DNA from: Candidatus Acidiferrum sp.
GTDB lineage: Bacteria > Methylomirabilota > Methylomirabilia > Rokubacteriales > CSP1-6
Assembly: GCA_035317605.1 (NCBI GenBank)
Contig: DATHGT010000059.1
Span: 6,751-70,750, forward strand
Length of the DNA stretch: 64,000 bases
Direction of reading: 5' to 3'
Made by a program: the position numbers and the translations under genes
Part shown: one piece after another, positions 1 through 8,136 of the stretch
Position numbering within the stretch: the stretch's first letter is position 1
Layout of the letters: every line of letters begins with the position of its first letter
The notes under the pieces: model-generated
The model's input: the letters and a program-made list of their open reading frames with translations, nothing else
What the model was told of the DNA's origin: nothing
Database searches by the model: none

Positions 1-2982
1 CAGTCGCAGCTGTTCTGTCAGTTCACGACCGTGTATTTCTGCCGGATCACCCTGCGCGATGGGAGAATCTACGAGTTCGACGGGCACGGCGGGGTCTTAC
101 TGAGCGTGAAGGACCGCTTCGGCAACGCCCTGACGCTGACCCGCATTGCGAGCGTGTCGACCCACCGGGTGCTGGCGATGACGTCGCCGAAGGGGCGAAC
201 GCTGACGTTCGTGTACGACGGCAGCGACCGGGTGACGCAGATCCAGGACGACCTGGGGCGCGTGACCAGCTACCAGTACGACGCGAGCGGCCGGCTATGG
301 CGGGCCACCGACCCGGCGGGCGGGGTGACCGAGTACACGTACGAAGACACGACGAACCACCGGATGAAGACGATCAAAGACCCGCGGGGTATCGTCTACC
401 TGACCAACGAGTACGACGCGCTGAGCGGGCGCGTCACCCGCCAGACGCTGGCGGACCCGACGGCGACGTATCAATTCGCGTACACCACAGACAGTGGCGG
501 CCACGTGACCCAGACCGAGGTGACGGACCCGCGGGGGATGCTGCGGCGGGTGACGTTCAACCTCAACGGCTACACCGCGACCGACACACGGGCGGTGGGG
601 CAGCCCGAAGCGCAGACGACGACGTTCGGCTGGGACACGACGAAGAACCTCGTGTCTTCTACGACCGATGCCTTGGGCCGGCTGACGACCTACACCTACG
701 ACACCAAAGGCAATCTCCTCACGTTGACGCGCCTGGCCGACCGGCCCGCCGACCTGATCACGACGACGATGCAGTACGAGCCGGCGTACAGCCGGGTGAC
801 GTCGGTGGTGCCGAGCCAGCGGACCACGGACGGCCAGGTGAGCATCGCGTATACGGGGCTGACCCAGGCGACGGTGACGGACGCCCGCGGCAAGTCGACG
901 GCCATTACGTATAACACGGCCGGCCAGGTGCGGACGGTCACGGATCCGCTGAGCCAGATGACGGAGTTCGTGTACGACGCGAGCGGCAATCTGACCGACC
1001 TCTACGACCCGCTGCGGAACCGCACGACACGGGCCTACGACCCGGTGGGCCGGCTGGTGAGCCAGACCGACCCGCGGAGCCGGACCACGTCATTCGTGTA
1101 CGACGGCCTGAACCAGCTGGTGGCGCTGGGGGACGCGACGGCCGGCGTCACGCGCTTCAGCTACGACGGCAATGGTAATCTTTTGTCGGTGACGGACGCG
1201 CGGGGCAACGCGACGACATATCACTACGACGCGATGGACCGGCTGGATCAGCGGACGGACCCGCTGACGCACGCCGAGACCTACCACTACGACAAGAACG
1301 GCAACGTGGACCAGTTCACCGACCGTAAAGGGCAGACCACGACGTTCACTTACGATGGGCTGAACCGGCGTACAGCCACCACCTCCCCCGGAATCACCAC
1401 GACGTACGGATGGGACGCCGGCAACCGGCTCACCCAAGCCGTGGACTCGGTCGGGGGCACGGTGACCAACGCCTTCGACGACCTCGATCGGCTAACGGGT
1501 CAGACGACGGCGCTGGGAACGGTCAGCTACCCCGGCTACGACAGCCTGGGCCGCCGACTGCAGATGCAGGTGCCCGGGCAGACGTTGGTGGCCTACCAAT
1601 GGGACCCCGCAAGCCGGCTGACGCAGATCACGCAGGGGACGGCGCAGGTGACGTTCGGGTACGACGACGCCAACCGCCGGACGAGCCTGACGCTGCCGAA
1701 TGGCGTCGTGACGACCTACGGTTACGACGTGGCCTCGCGGGTGGCGAGCCTGATCTATACGAACGGCACCGGCGAGCTGGGGCGGCTGACGTACGCCTAC
1801 GACGCCGCCGGGAACCGAGCCAAGACGGGTGGGAGCTTCGCCCGCACGCTGCTGCCGCCGGCGGTTGCATCGGCAACCTACGACTCGGCCAACCGCCAAA
1901 TGGGTTTCGGCGACAAGACGCTCGGCTACGACTTGAATGGGAACCTCACGAACATCACAGAACCAGCAGGACAGACGGTCCTGACGTGGGACGCGCGCGA
2001 CCGCCTCAACGCACTCAGTACGCCGACACCGATGAACGCCGCGTTTGTCTACGATGGTTTTGGCCGTCGAGGCGCCCGAACCGTGAATGGCGGCACGACA
2101 CAGTTCCTGTACGACGGTGCCGACATCGTGCAGGAGGCCGTTGGGGCTGGCACGACGAACTATCTCCGCGGCCTGGGCATCGACGAAGCGTTCGTGCGGA
2201 ATGGCACCGAGTACTACATCGCGGACGCCGTGGGCAGCACCATCGAACTAACCAACGGCGCAGGGACGGTCGCGACAGAATATTCATACGAACCATTTGG
2301 CCGCACCACGTCAACCCTGGGAACGTCTTCGAACAGTATCGACTACACCGGCCGCGAGGATGATGGGCTTGGACTGAAGTATTATCGGGCGCGGTACTAT
2401 CACCCCCAGGTTCAACGGTTCATCAGCGAAGATCCACTACAGTTTGGTGGTGGCGATGCAAATCTATACGCCTATGTCAGAAATGCTCCGACCACATATA
2501 TCGATCCACTTGGTCTCGATATTGCCGTCATCGAAAGCGGACCAACAGAAGGCAACCCGATCGGGCACACAGCGATTGCGATTACCGGTTATGGAATTTT
2601 CAGTCGGGGAAACGCTGTCGCTCCTGGATCTAGCCTGGCTGCATATCTTGCCCGCGAAGCCCCGAACCGTGACACAGCGGTGACGGTGATCCGGACTTCG
2701 ACGGATCAGGATGCTGCCGCATTACTTTCGCTCCGGAATTCGTTTCCACGGCCTGTTGGCAAGATATGGGATAACTGCGCGAGTACATCCAATGAAGCAC
2801 TGAGCGCGGCTGGCATCCCAAACAGAATCCGAGGCTGGATACCAATCCCCTATCCCGGGAATGTGCCTGGCGTCGGCGGCTTGAGGGCATCTGAAGCAGG
2901 CGGCACCGTGTTTGTTATCCCGCAGGGATCGACACAAACTCCAATCAGTCTCTTCCAGTTTGAGCCAGCGTCCAGACGATGA
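1..2982 (+). CDS. RHS/YD-repeat polymorphic toxin, C-terminal part. The gene is 5'-truncated by the window edge; the frame is open from position 1. The RHS core ends at DPLGL (2502-2516). A roughly 155-aa C-terminal toxin domain follows (2517-2979).
   Basis: Many YDxxGRL/YDxxGN repeats are present. The canonical RHS core terminus is NLYAYVRNAPTTYIDPLGLD. The region downstream of the junction has a different sequence composition and lower GC. The toxin domain carries GHTAIAI and later WDNCASTS, a His-then-Cys order. Confidence 0.85.
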   Translation, partial: QSQLFCQFTTVYFCRITLRDGRIYEFDGHGGVLLSVKDRFGNALTLTRIASVSTHRVLAMTSPKGRTLTFVYDGSDRVTQIQDDLGRVTSYQYDASGRLWRATDPAGGVTEYTYEDTTNHRMKTIKDPRGIVYLTNEYDALSGRVTRQTLADPTATYQFAYTTDSGGHVTQTEVTDPRGMLRRVTFNLNGYTATDTRAVGQPEAQTTTFGWDTTKNLVSSTTDALGRLTTYTYDTKGNLLTLTRLADRPADLITTTMQYEPAYSRVTSVVPSQRTTDGQVSIAYTGLTQATVTDARGKSTAITYNTAGQVRTVTDPLSQMTEFVYDASGNLTDLYDPLRNRTTRAYDPVGRLVSQTDPRSRTTSFVYDGLNQLVALGDATAGVTRFSYDGNGNLLSVTDARGNATTYHYDAMDRLDQRTDPLTHAETYHYDKNGNVDQFTDRKGQTTTFTYDGLNRRTATTSPGITTTYGWDAGNRLTQAVDSVGGTVTNAFDDLDRLTGQTTALGTVSYPGYDSLGRRLQMQVPGQTLVAYQWDPASRLTQITQGTAQVTFGYDDANRRTSLTLPNGVVTTYGYDVASRVASLIYTNGTGELGRLTYAYDAAGNRAKTGGSFARTLLPPAVASATYDSANRQMGFGDKTLGYDLNGNLTNITEPAGQTVLTWDARDRLNALSTPTPMNAAFVYDGFGRRGARTVNGGTTQFLYDGADIVQEAVGAGTTNYLRGLGIDEAFVRNGTEYYIADAVGSTIELTNGAGTVATEYSYEPFGRTTSTLGTSSNSIDYTGREDDGLGLKYYRARYYHPQVQRFISEDPLQFGGGDANLYAYVRNAPTTYIDPLGLDIAVIESGPTEGNPIGHTAIAITGYGIFSRGNAVAPGSSLAAYLAREAPNRDTAVTVIRTSTDQDAAALLSLRNSFPRPVGKIWDNCASTSNEALSAAGIPNRIRGWIPIPYPGNVPGVGGLRASEAGGTVFVIPQGSTQTPISLFQFEPASRR

Positions 2983-3212
2983 GGCGACGCATGATGCTTG
3001 TTACGATCGCCCTGTGGCTGTGCTTCACCGTTGCCCTCGCATGGTGGTATATAACCACCCGGGTCTCATTGAGCAGCGCCTTCGGCTATGAGCGTCAATG
3101 GGACTGGCAGCTCTTTTTCTTTGCGATCACTCGCTTGCCAGGTCTTGTACTGTGTCTCGCGGTTGTTCTCTGGCTCGAATGGAAATGGTTATCGAGAGCG
3201 GCGAAACCATGA
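2979..3212 (+). CDS. Small two-TM membrane protein, the putative cognate immunity protein of the RHS toxin
   Basis: Its ATG overlaps the RHS stop codon (ATGA at 2979-2982). The 77-aa product has two hydrophobic helices. Its position immediately 3' of a polymorphic toxin CT is typical for immunity genes. Confidence 0.55.
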   Translation: MRRRMMLVTIALWLCFTVALAWWYITTRVSLSSAFGYERQWDWQLFFFAITRLPGLVLCLAVVLWLEWKWLSRAAKP

Positions 3213-3351
3213 TCATCCGCTGCCGTTCAGATCGTCCCCCATCAGCGCGGCTTGTTGAACGCGTCGGCCGAACTATTTCAGAAAGGCCCTGCTCACATCT
3301 GGGGAATGAGCGGCGACAGTGCCGCTGACGCCGCGATAAAGGGGAGGCCTC

Positions 3352-3933
3352 GTGCTCGGTGCAAGCAAAGGTTCATCAGCAGCGCCCCGCTCGAAGTCCT
3401 TGGCGGTGACCATCAATCTCTACGCAGACGTCGGCAACGATCCGATCGATTCATCTGATCCGCTCGGACTTCGGATCCCATCGGATTCCTGGCGGGCGAC
3501 AGCAAACCTGTACGCGTATGTTACGAATGCTCCTTTGAACTTTCGAGATCCACTCGGGCTCGAGAAGCAAGGCTGCGGATTCGGCTCCATCCTCGCATCG
3601 AGTTTCAGACAGAGACGCACTGCGACAAACGCGGCCCTGTTTGGCCCGTTGGCACAGACGGCAAGGTTTGGAGTAGCCCTCACGTTTCGCTTCGGAAACG
3701 TCACGGCAGGGACGATCGGCACCGTGTCACCGTTGCAAGCCCTGTTCGCCGTGGTCCGAGGGCAGGGCGTGGCCAATCTGACGGTTGGTGCGACAGCGGC
3801 CTCGGGAGCGCTCACTGGGATCGTTACGGCAATAGCGACCACCGCAGCCCTCGAAGCGGGCGTTATAGCCGGTTCTGCGGCGGGCGCGCTGGGAGAGGCG
3901 ATCGGGCAATGCATTCCACTCTCTGGCGAATGA
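3352..3933 (+). CDS. Orphan RHS C-terminal toxin cassette. It has two tandem RHS-core junction remnants followed by a Gly/Ala-rich hydrophobic (glycine-zipper) toxin domain.
   Basis: The junction remnants are INLYADVGNDPIDSSDPLGL and, 12 aa later, ANLYAYVTNAPLNFRDPLGLE. A GTG start at 3352 is preceded by the SD-like AAAGGGGAGG. The C-terminal tail GVIAGSAAGALGEAIG is GxxxG-zipper-like. Confidence 0.7.
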   Translation: MLGASKGSSAAPRSKSLAVTINLYADVGNDPIDSSDPLGLRIPSDSWRATANLYAYVTNAPLNFRDPLGLEKQGCGFGSILASSFRQRRTATNAALFGPLAQTARFGVALTFRFGNVTAGTIGTVSPLQALFAVVRGQGVANLTVGATAASGALTGIVTAIATTAALEAGVIAGSAAGALGEAIGQCIPLSGE

Positions 3934-4292
3934 TGGAGGGGGGCGAGAAAGGGAAGTCATTCTTGCAGCAAACCCACCAGTACTGGAAGGTAACGCTCAC
4001 TCTGGCGTTTGTGGGTCTTGGCGGCGTACTGCTGGCTCTGATGATCTGGAGGGTCAACAACGGCACGTCCTTACCATGGGTCCCAGGCGAAGCATTCTTC
4101 TCCGCGATCGGCACGGGCTTGGTACTGCTGGGACTGCTGTGGTTATGGCTCTCAGTCCGTTGCCCGCGCTGCCGAGCGAGAGTGGCGTCTACGATTCTCA
4201 CAAGAGAGCGCACCACCGCTTGGCTGGCTGCGCTGCTGGACTTCGAGGCGTGTCCGAGGTGTGGCTTTCGAGGCGGCTCGTCAACGCGATAG
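3909..4292 (+). CDS. Membrane protein with two TM helices and a C-terminal CxxC...CxxC zinc ribbon, the putative immunity protein for the orphan toxin cassette
   Basis: The gene overlaps the 3' end of the orphan toxin gene. Hydrophobic segments include LTLAFVGLGGVLLALMIW and LVLLGLLWLWL. The zinc-ribbon cysteines are CPRC...CPRC. Confidence 0.5.
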   Translation: MHSTLWRMMEGGEKGKSFLQQTHQYWKVTLTLAFVGLGGVLLALMIWRVNNGTSLPWVPGEAFFSAIGTGLVLLGLLWLWLSVRCPRCRARVASTILTRERTTAWLAALLDFEACPRCGFRGGSSTR

Positions 4293-4741
4293 CTCTTCAA
4301 TGCGGGAAGCCGGGAAGCCATGGTTCTCCTCATTTGATTCTTCGTCCTGTGGGCTATTTGCTGCCGACCCCAGCGATCGATCGTCTACTGCACGATGCGG
4401 CGGGTCGCTTTCACCGGGGCGTTCGACGCCGGTGACATGATCGCACCCACTTGCGCGGTCATCCGAATATCCTCGAGCGCCTGTTGATCCACGCCAGCGC
4501 GTTCAATCCCGGCCTTCTGATGCGGCAGCTGATCGGGGTCGGCGCGCCACGCCGCCTCCAAGGGCGGCCGCTGGATCTCGGCGCGCTCGAAATCGCCCGC
4601 GCCATCCTCTATGAGGGGCTGTGGGAGCCGGCCACCGCCCTGCTGGTGTCCTCACTCAGGGCTCCCGTGGTGCGTCTCGTGCAACTATGCCGCGTTAGCC
4701 GTCGCGTGATCGGGCGCCTGACTGTCACCACGGACTGCTAA
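4290..4741 (+). mobile_element. Degraded IS5/IS1182-like DDE transposase C-terminal fragment. It is frameshifted and no intact transposase is present.
   Basis: ORF 4451-4741 begins RGHPNILERLLIHASAFNPGLLMRQLIG. This matches the conserved C-terminal RGlxKv...LxxAxyNLxRL signature of IS5/IS1182-family transposases. The upstream piece (..AAGRFHRGVRRR) is in another frame. No N-terminal or DDE core was found. Confidence 0.4.
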
Positions 4742-4792
4742 TCTAGCCACTTCAAGTCCCGCGTCGATCGGGCGGGTAGCGCGGCGTCGAAG

Positions 4793-5746
4793 TCATCCGA
4801 GGATCATCATCGTGAAGGGAGGAGCTCCAATTCGCTCACCGGCATCCTTCATCTCCTTACGAACGATGAGTACCTGCTGCGCTAGGGCTCTATCTTTCGA
4901 ATACAACTCGCCGGCAGCGAACCGGGCCAGTAGTCGATTCGTCGACTCGACGACATCGTCGACGACTGGGCGAGGGCCGCTTCCGCCCATCCATGTGGCC
5001 GATAGGCACATGGTGGGACTGAGGGGAAACGTGACAACAACCCCGGGTTGATCTAGCCCAGCACCGAACTGCGACCCGGATCCGGGAGTCGCCCACGAAA
5101 CAGGGTTGTCACCGGTGAGAAAGCACGCGGTACCGGCCGCACGGAGGAATTCCCAGCGCATGGACGCCAATCGAGGCGCGAGCGCCTTCGCCAATTTGAT
5201 GCCGAGTCTCAGTGATACGAGCGGTGGGACCACCACCGTACAGCTCGATTCGTCCATAGCCATCCGTCGAGCATCTTCTAGGTCCTCCGGCGTCTCGTCA
5301 TCGGCTTCTGATCGTTCGTGGAGAAGGCGTTCGAAGTACCCAGGAACGACGGCTGCCACTCGCATCGCTTTCTTGAGCCGCTCGCTACAGTAGTGCTCGA
5401 TGAATGTCCGCATCAGCGGGACACGCGTGACAAGAAAGGCCATGAATATCGCCAAATGTGCTCGCTGTTGCTCACCCAAGTTGAAGCACCCATTCAGGAT
5501 TCTAGTAATGGCCGGCGCCGCCGCGGTTTCGAAAGCACCGAGCACCTCCTCCATGGCCTGGTCGAATGTACCGTCGTCGAGCTGGATGGCGTAGTAGTCA
5601 GCTCTAGCAGCCACTCGCCGTACAGATCGGCGGGTGACCGTCAACCTCACGAGGTCGGCAACCCAGACCTGCGGTCCTTGGGTCGCCGGTACCCGCGGAT
5701 CGGCAAACCGGCGGAGGTAGAACTGAGGGACGAAATGCTGCTCCAT
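4793..5746 (-). CDS. DUF4238-like protein (HxVPQFYLRxF N-terminal motif), function unknown
   Basis: The N-terminus MEQHFVPQFYLRRFADP matches the hallmark of DUF4238. ORF 4793-5824 has an in-frame ATG at 5746 that places the motif at the N-terminus. Confidence 0.5.
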   Translation of the reverse strand: MEQHFVPQFYLRRFADPRVPATQGPQVWVADLVRLTVTRRSVRRVAARADYYAIQLDDGTFDQAMEEVLGAFETAAAPAITRILNGCFNLGEQQRAHLAIFMAFLVTRVPLMRTFIEHYCSERLKKAMRVAAVVPGYFERLLHERSEADDETPEDLEDARRMAMDESSCTVVVPPLVSLRLGIKLAKALAPRLASMRWEFLRAAGTACFLTGDNPVSWATPGSGSQFGAGLDQPGVVVTFPLSPTMCLSATWMGGSGPRPVVDDVVESTNRLLARFAAGELYSKDRALAQQVLIVRKEMKDAGERIGAPPFTMMILG

Positions 5747-5951
5747 GCTGGTGCGTTCTATCGTGTCAACGCCCAACTCTCGACGGGAAACTGCTTGAAC
5801 TGGATTCGATGGCCATGCCTCCACCCTGTCAAGGACCTATACGCCGGTCAATACCGCCACGATCATTGTTTCCGTTTGCCGTCATGGCACGGGTCAATCG
5901 GGCCCGATCTCTTTGGACACCGGCTCGACCACGTAGGGCCGAGGTCGTCGA

Positions 5952-6182
5952 TCAGTTCCACGAACGCCGCTCGCGCGCGACGTGAGCGGCCGGATCCAGG
6001 CCACGCCATCGCGCCTTGCCGAGACCCTTCAGCTCCAGTAGCAACAACGGGGTCTCGGCTTCCAAGGCCTGACTGAGCAGGTGGACGACCTCCTGCGAGA
6101 TCGAGCGGTGGTGGCGGCGGGCGCGCTCCCTGAGCTTCAGGTAGAGAGGGTCAGGCACGTTCTTGACGTTGAGGATCGCCAT
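5952..6182 (-). CDS. Ribbon-helix-helix (Arc/FitA/VapB-like) antitoxin-type DNA-binding protein
   Basis: MAILNVKNVPDPLYLKLRERARRHHRSISQEVVHLL is the typical RHH antitoxin N-terminus (beta strand followed by two helices). No PIN/VapC partner is present downstream. Confidence 0.6.
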   Translation of the reverse strand: MAILNVKNVPDPLYLKLRERARRHHRSISQEVVHLLSQALEAETPLLLLELKGLGKARWRGLDPAAHVARERRSWN

Positions 6183-6267
6183 CAGTATCTCCAGATTGCC
6201 TCATTTCGTGGAGGAACGGTGTTGGGCAACGACCGTCGTTCGCGGCCGCGGCCGGTACAATAATCCC

Positions 6268-8136
6268 GTGACCCTCGAGGAGAAGCTCGCGAGTCTGCCG
6301 GACCGGCCGGGCGTGTATCTGTACAAGGACGCCAAGGCGCAGGTGATCTACGTGGGCAAGGCGGCCTCGCTGCGGAGCCGGGTGCGCTCGTACTTCCAGG
6401 AGTCGCGGCCCCACGACGCCAAGACCGACGCGCTGGTGCGCCAGGTCGCCGACCTCGAGTTCATCGTGACCGACAACGAGCTGGAAGCGCTGATGCTCGA
6501 GGCCAACCTCGTGCGCAAGCATCGGCCGCGCTACAACATCATCCTGCGCGACGACAAGCACTACCCCTTCCTCAAGCTGACCACCGACGAGGAATTCCCG
6601 CGGCTGGTCGTCGCCCGGCGGGTGGCCCGTGACGGCGGCGCCTACTACGGTCCCTTCTACCCGGCCACCGCCATGCGGGAGACGCTCCGGCTGACCCGCC
6701 AGCTCTTCCCGCTGCGGACGTGCTCGATCAAGATCGACGGGCGGCTCGAACGGCCGTGCGTGCAGTACTACATCCATCGCTGCAACGCGCCCTGCACGGG
6801 ATGGGAGACCGCCGAGGGCTACGCCAAGACCGTGCGCGACGTGACGCGCTTCCTGGAAGGCAAGGACGACGACCTGGCGCAAACCCTGACGGCCGAGATG
6901 GAGACCGCGGCCGGCGAGCTGAAGTTCGAGCGGGCCGCGCTGCTGCGCGACCAGGTCCAGTCGCTCAACAAGGTGCGCGAGCGCCAGAAGATCATCTCCA
7001 CCGACGAGCAGATCGACCAGGACGTGATCGGGCTCGTGCGCCAGGGCAACGAGGCCTGCGTCGAGCTGTTTTTCGTGCGGCGGGGGAGACTGGTCGGGCA
7101 GGAGGCCTTCTTCTTCGACCGGCTCGCCGGCTCGCCCGACGGCGAGATCCTCTCGGCGTTCCTGGGACAGTTCTACGGCAAGAATGTCATCCCCGCGCCC
7201 GAGATCCTCCTCTCCGAGGAAATTCCCGAGGCCGAGCTGGTCGTCGAGTGGTTGTCGGGACTGACCAAGCGTCGGGTGCAGCTCCACGTCCCCCAGCGCG
7301 GGGCCCGGCGCGAGTTCGTGGCCATGGCCGAGCAGAACGCGGCGCTGGCCCTGCAGAACCATCTGCTCTCGCGCGAGAACCGCCAGCAGCTCGTGCTCGA
7401 GGAGCTGCAGCGCGGGCTCGGGCTGCCGACGCTGCCCAACCGCATCGAGGGGTACGACATCTCGTCGATCCAGGGCAGCGAGCAGGTCGGCTCGATGGTG
7501 GTGTGGGAAAACGGCGACATGAAGAAGGACGACTACAAGCGGTTCCGCATCAAGACCGTGGTTGGGGCCGACGACTTCGCCTCGCTGGAGGAGATGCTGC
7601 GGCGCCGCTTCCGCCGGAGCCTGGAGCAGGGGACCGCGCTGCCTGACCTCGTGCTGATCGACGGCGGGCGCGGCCAGCTCAACGTCGGGCTCAAGGTGCT
7701 CCAGGAGCTGGGCCTCGACTACCTGCCGGTGGCGAGCCTGGCCAAGCAGCGCGAGGAAGTGTATCGGGGCGAGAGCCTGGAGCCGCTGCTGCTCGATCCG
7801 ACCTCGCCGGCGCTGCACACGCTCCAGAAGATCCGCGACGAGGCCCATCGCTTCGCGATCACGTATCACAAGAAGCTGCGGACCCGACGCACGATCCAGT
7901 CCGTGCTCGACGGCATCCCCGGCATCGGTCCGACCATACGCACGAGCCTGCTCAAGACTTTGGGTTCCGCGCGCCGCGTGCGAGAATCGAGCGTGGCCGA
8001 GCTGGCCGCGGTGCCGAAGGTGACACCCAAGCTGGCTCAGCGGATCTACGAGCACTTTCACGCGGAGGAACCGCAGCCCGCGGCCCCAGGTTTTGACATG
8101 GAGCGCAGGCCGGCTCCGGAAGGGGGGAACGACTGA
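6268..8136 (+). CDS. uvrC: Excinuclease ABC subunit C (UvrC)
   Basis: The GIY-YIG motif GVYLYKDAKAQVIYVGKA is present, as are a UvrC-like central region and C-terminal HhH. The ORF-track start is TTG at 6163; GTG at 6268 (VTLEEKLASLPDRPGVY) gives a standard N-terminus. Confidence 0.9.
   Translation: MTLEEKLASLPDRPGVYLYKDAKAQVIYVGKAASLRSRVRSYFQESRPHDAKTDALVRQVADLEFIVTDNELEALMLEANLVRKHRPRYNIILRDDKHYPFLKLTTDEEFPRLVVARRVARDGGAYYGPFYPATAMRETLRLTRQLFPLRTCSIKIDGRLERPCVQYYIHRCNAPCTGWETAEGYAKTVRDVTRFLEGKDDDLAQTLTAEMETAAGELKFERAALLRDQVQSLNKVRERQKIISTDEQIDQDVIGLVRQGNEACVELFFVRRGRLVGQEAFFFDRLAGSPDGEILSAFLGQFYGKNVIPAPEILLSEEIPEAELVVEWLSGLTKRRVQLHVPQRGARREFVAMAEQNAALALQNHLLSRENRQQLVLEELQRGLGLPTLPNRIEGYDISSIQGSEQVGSMVVWENGDMKKDDYKRFRIKTVVGADDFASLEEMLRRRFRRSLEQGTALPDLVLIDGGRGQLNVGLKVLQELGLDYLPVASLAKQREEVYRGESLEPLLLDPTSPALHTLQKIRDEAHRFAITYHKKLRTRRTIQSVLDGIPGIGPTIRTSLLKTLGSARRVRESSVAELAAVPKVTPKLAQRIYEHFHAEEPQPAAPGFDMERRPAPEGGND

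Noticed and set aside
5825-5951. Possible vapC/PIN toxin remnant between the RHH gene and the DUF4238 gene
   Set aside because: Only 127 bp is available and no PIN-like acidic motifs are evident. It is left as an open check rather than a feature.
5318-6076. 252-aa plus-strand ORF spanning the DUF4238 gene, the 5825-5951 intergenic gap and part of the RHH gene on the opposite strand
   Set aside because: It has no recognisable motifs. It runs antisense across both the DUF4238-like and RHH genes, which have specific signatures.
6163-6267. N-terminal 35-aa extension of uvrC from TTG 6163
   Set aside because: It overlaps the RHH gene on the opposite strand and adds non-conserved residues before the standard UvrC N-terminus. 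The GTG 6268 start is preferred.
6151-8061. 636-aa ORF on the minus strand, fully antisense to uvrC. Similar long antisense ORFs include 8058-10793, 14205-15938, 16870-18801, 18731-20284, 24177-25508, 25722-26993, 27714-30518, 36700-38637, 40163-41848, 46501-49701, 58720-61257 and 60810-62516.
   Set aside because: They are high-GC shadow ORFs. Their translations are Arg/Ala/Gly/Pro-rich low-complexity with no motifs. The opposite strand carries clearly recognisable conserved genes.
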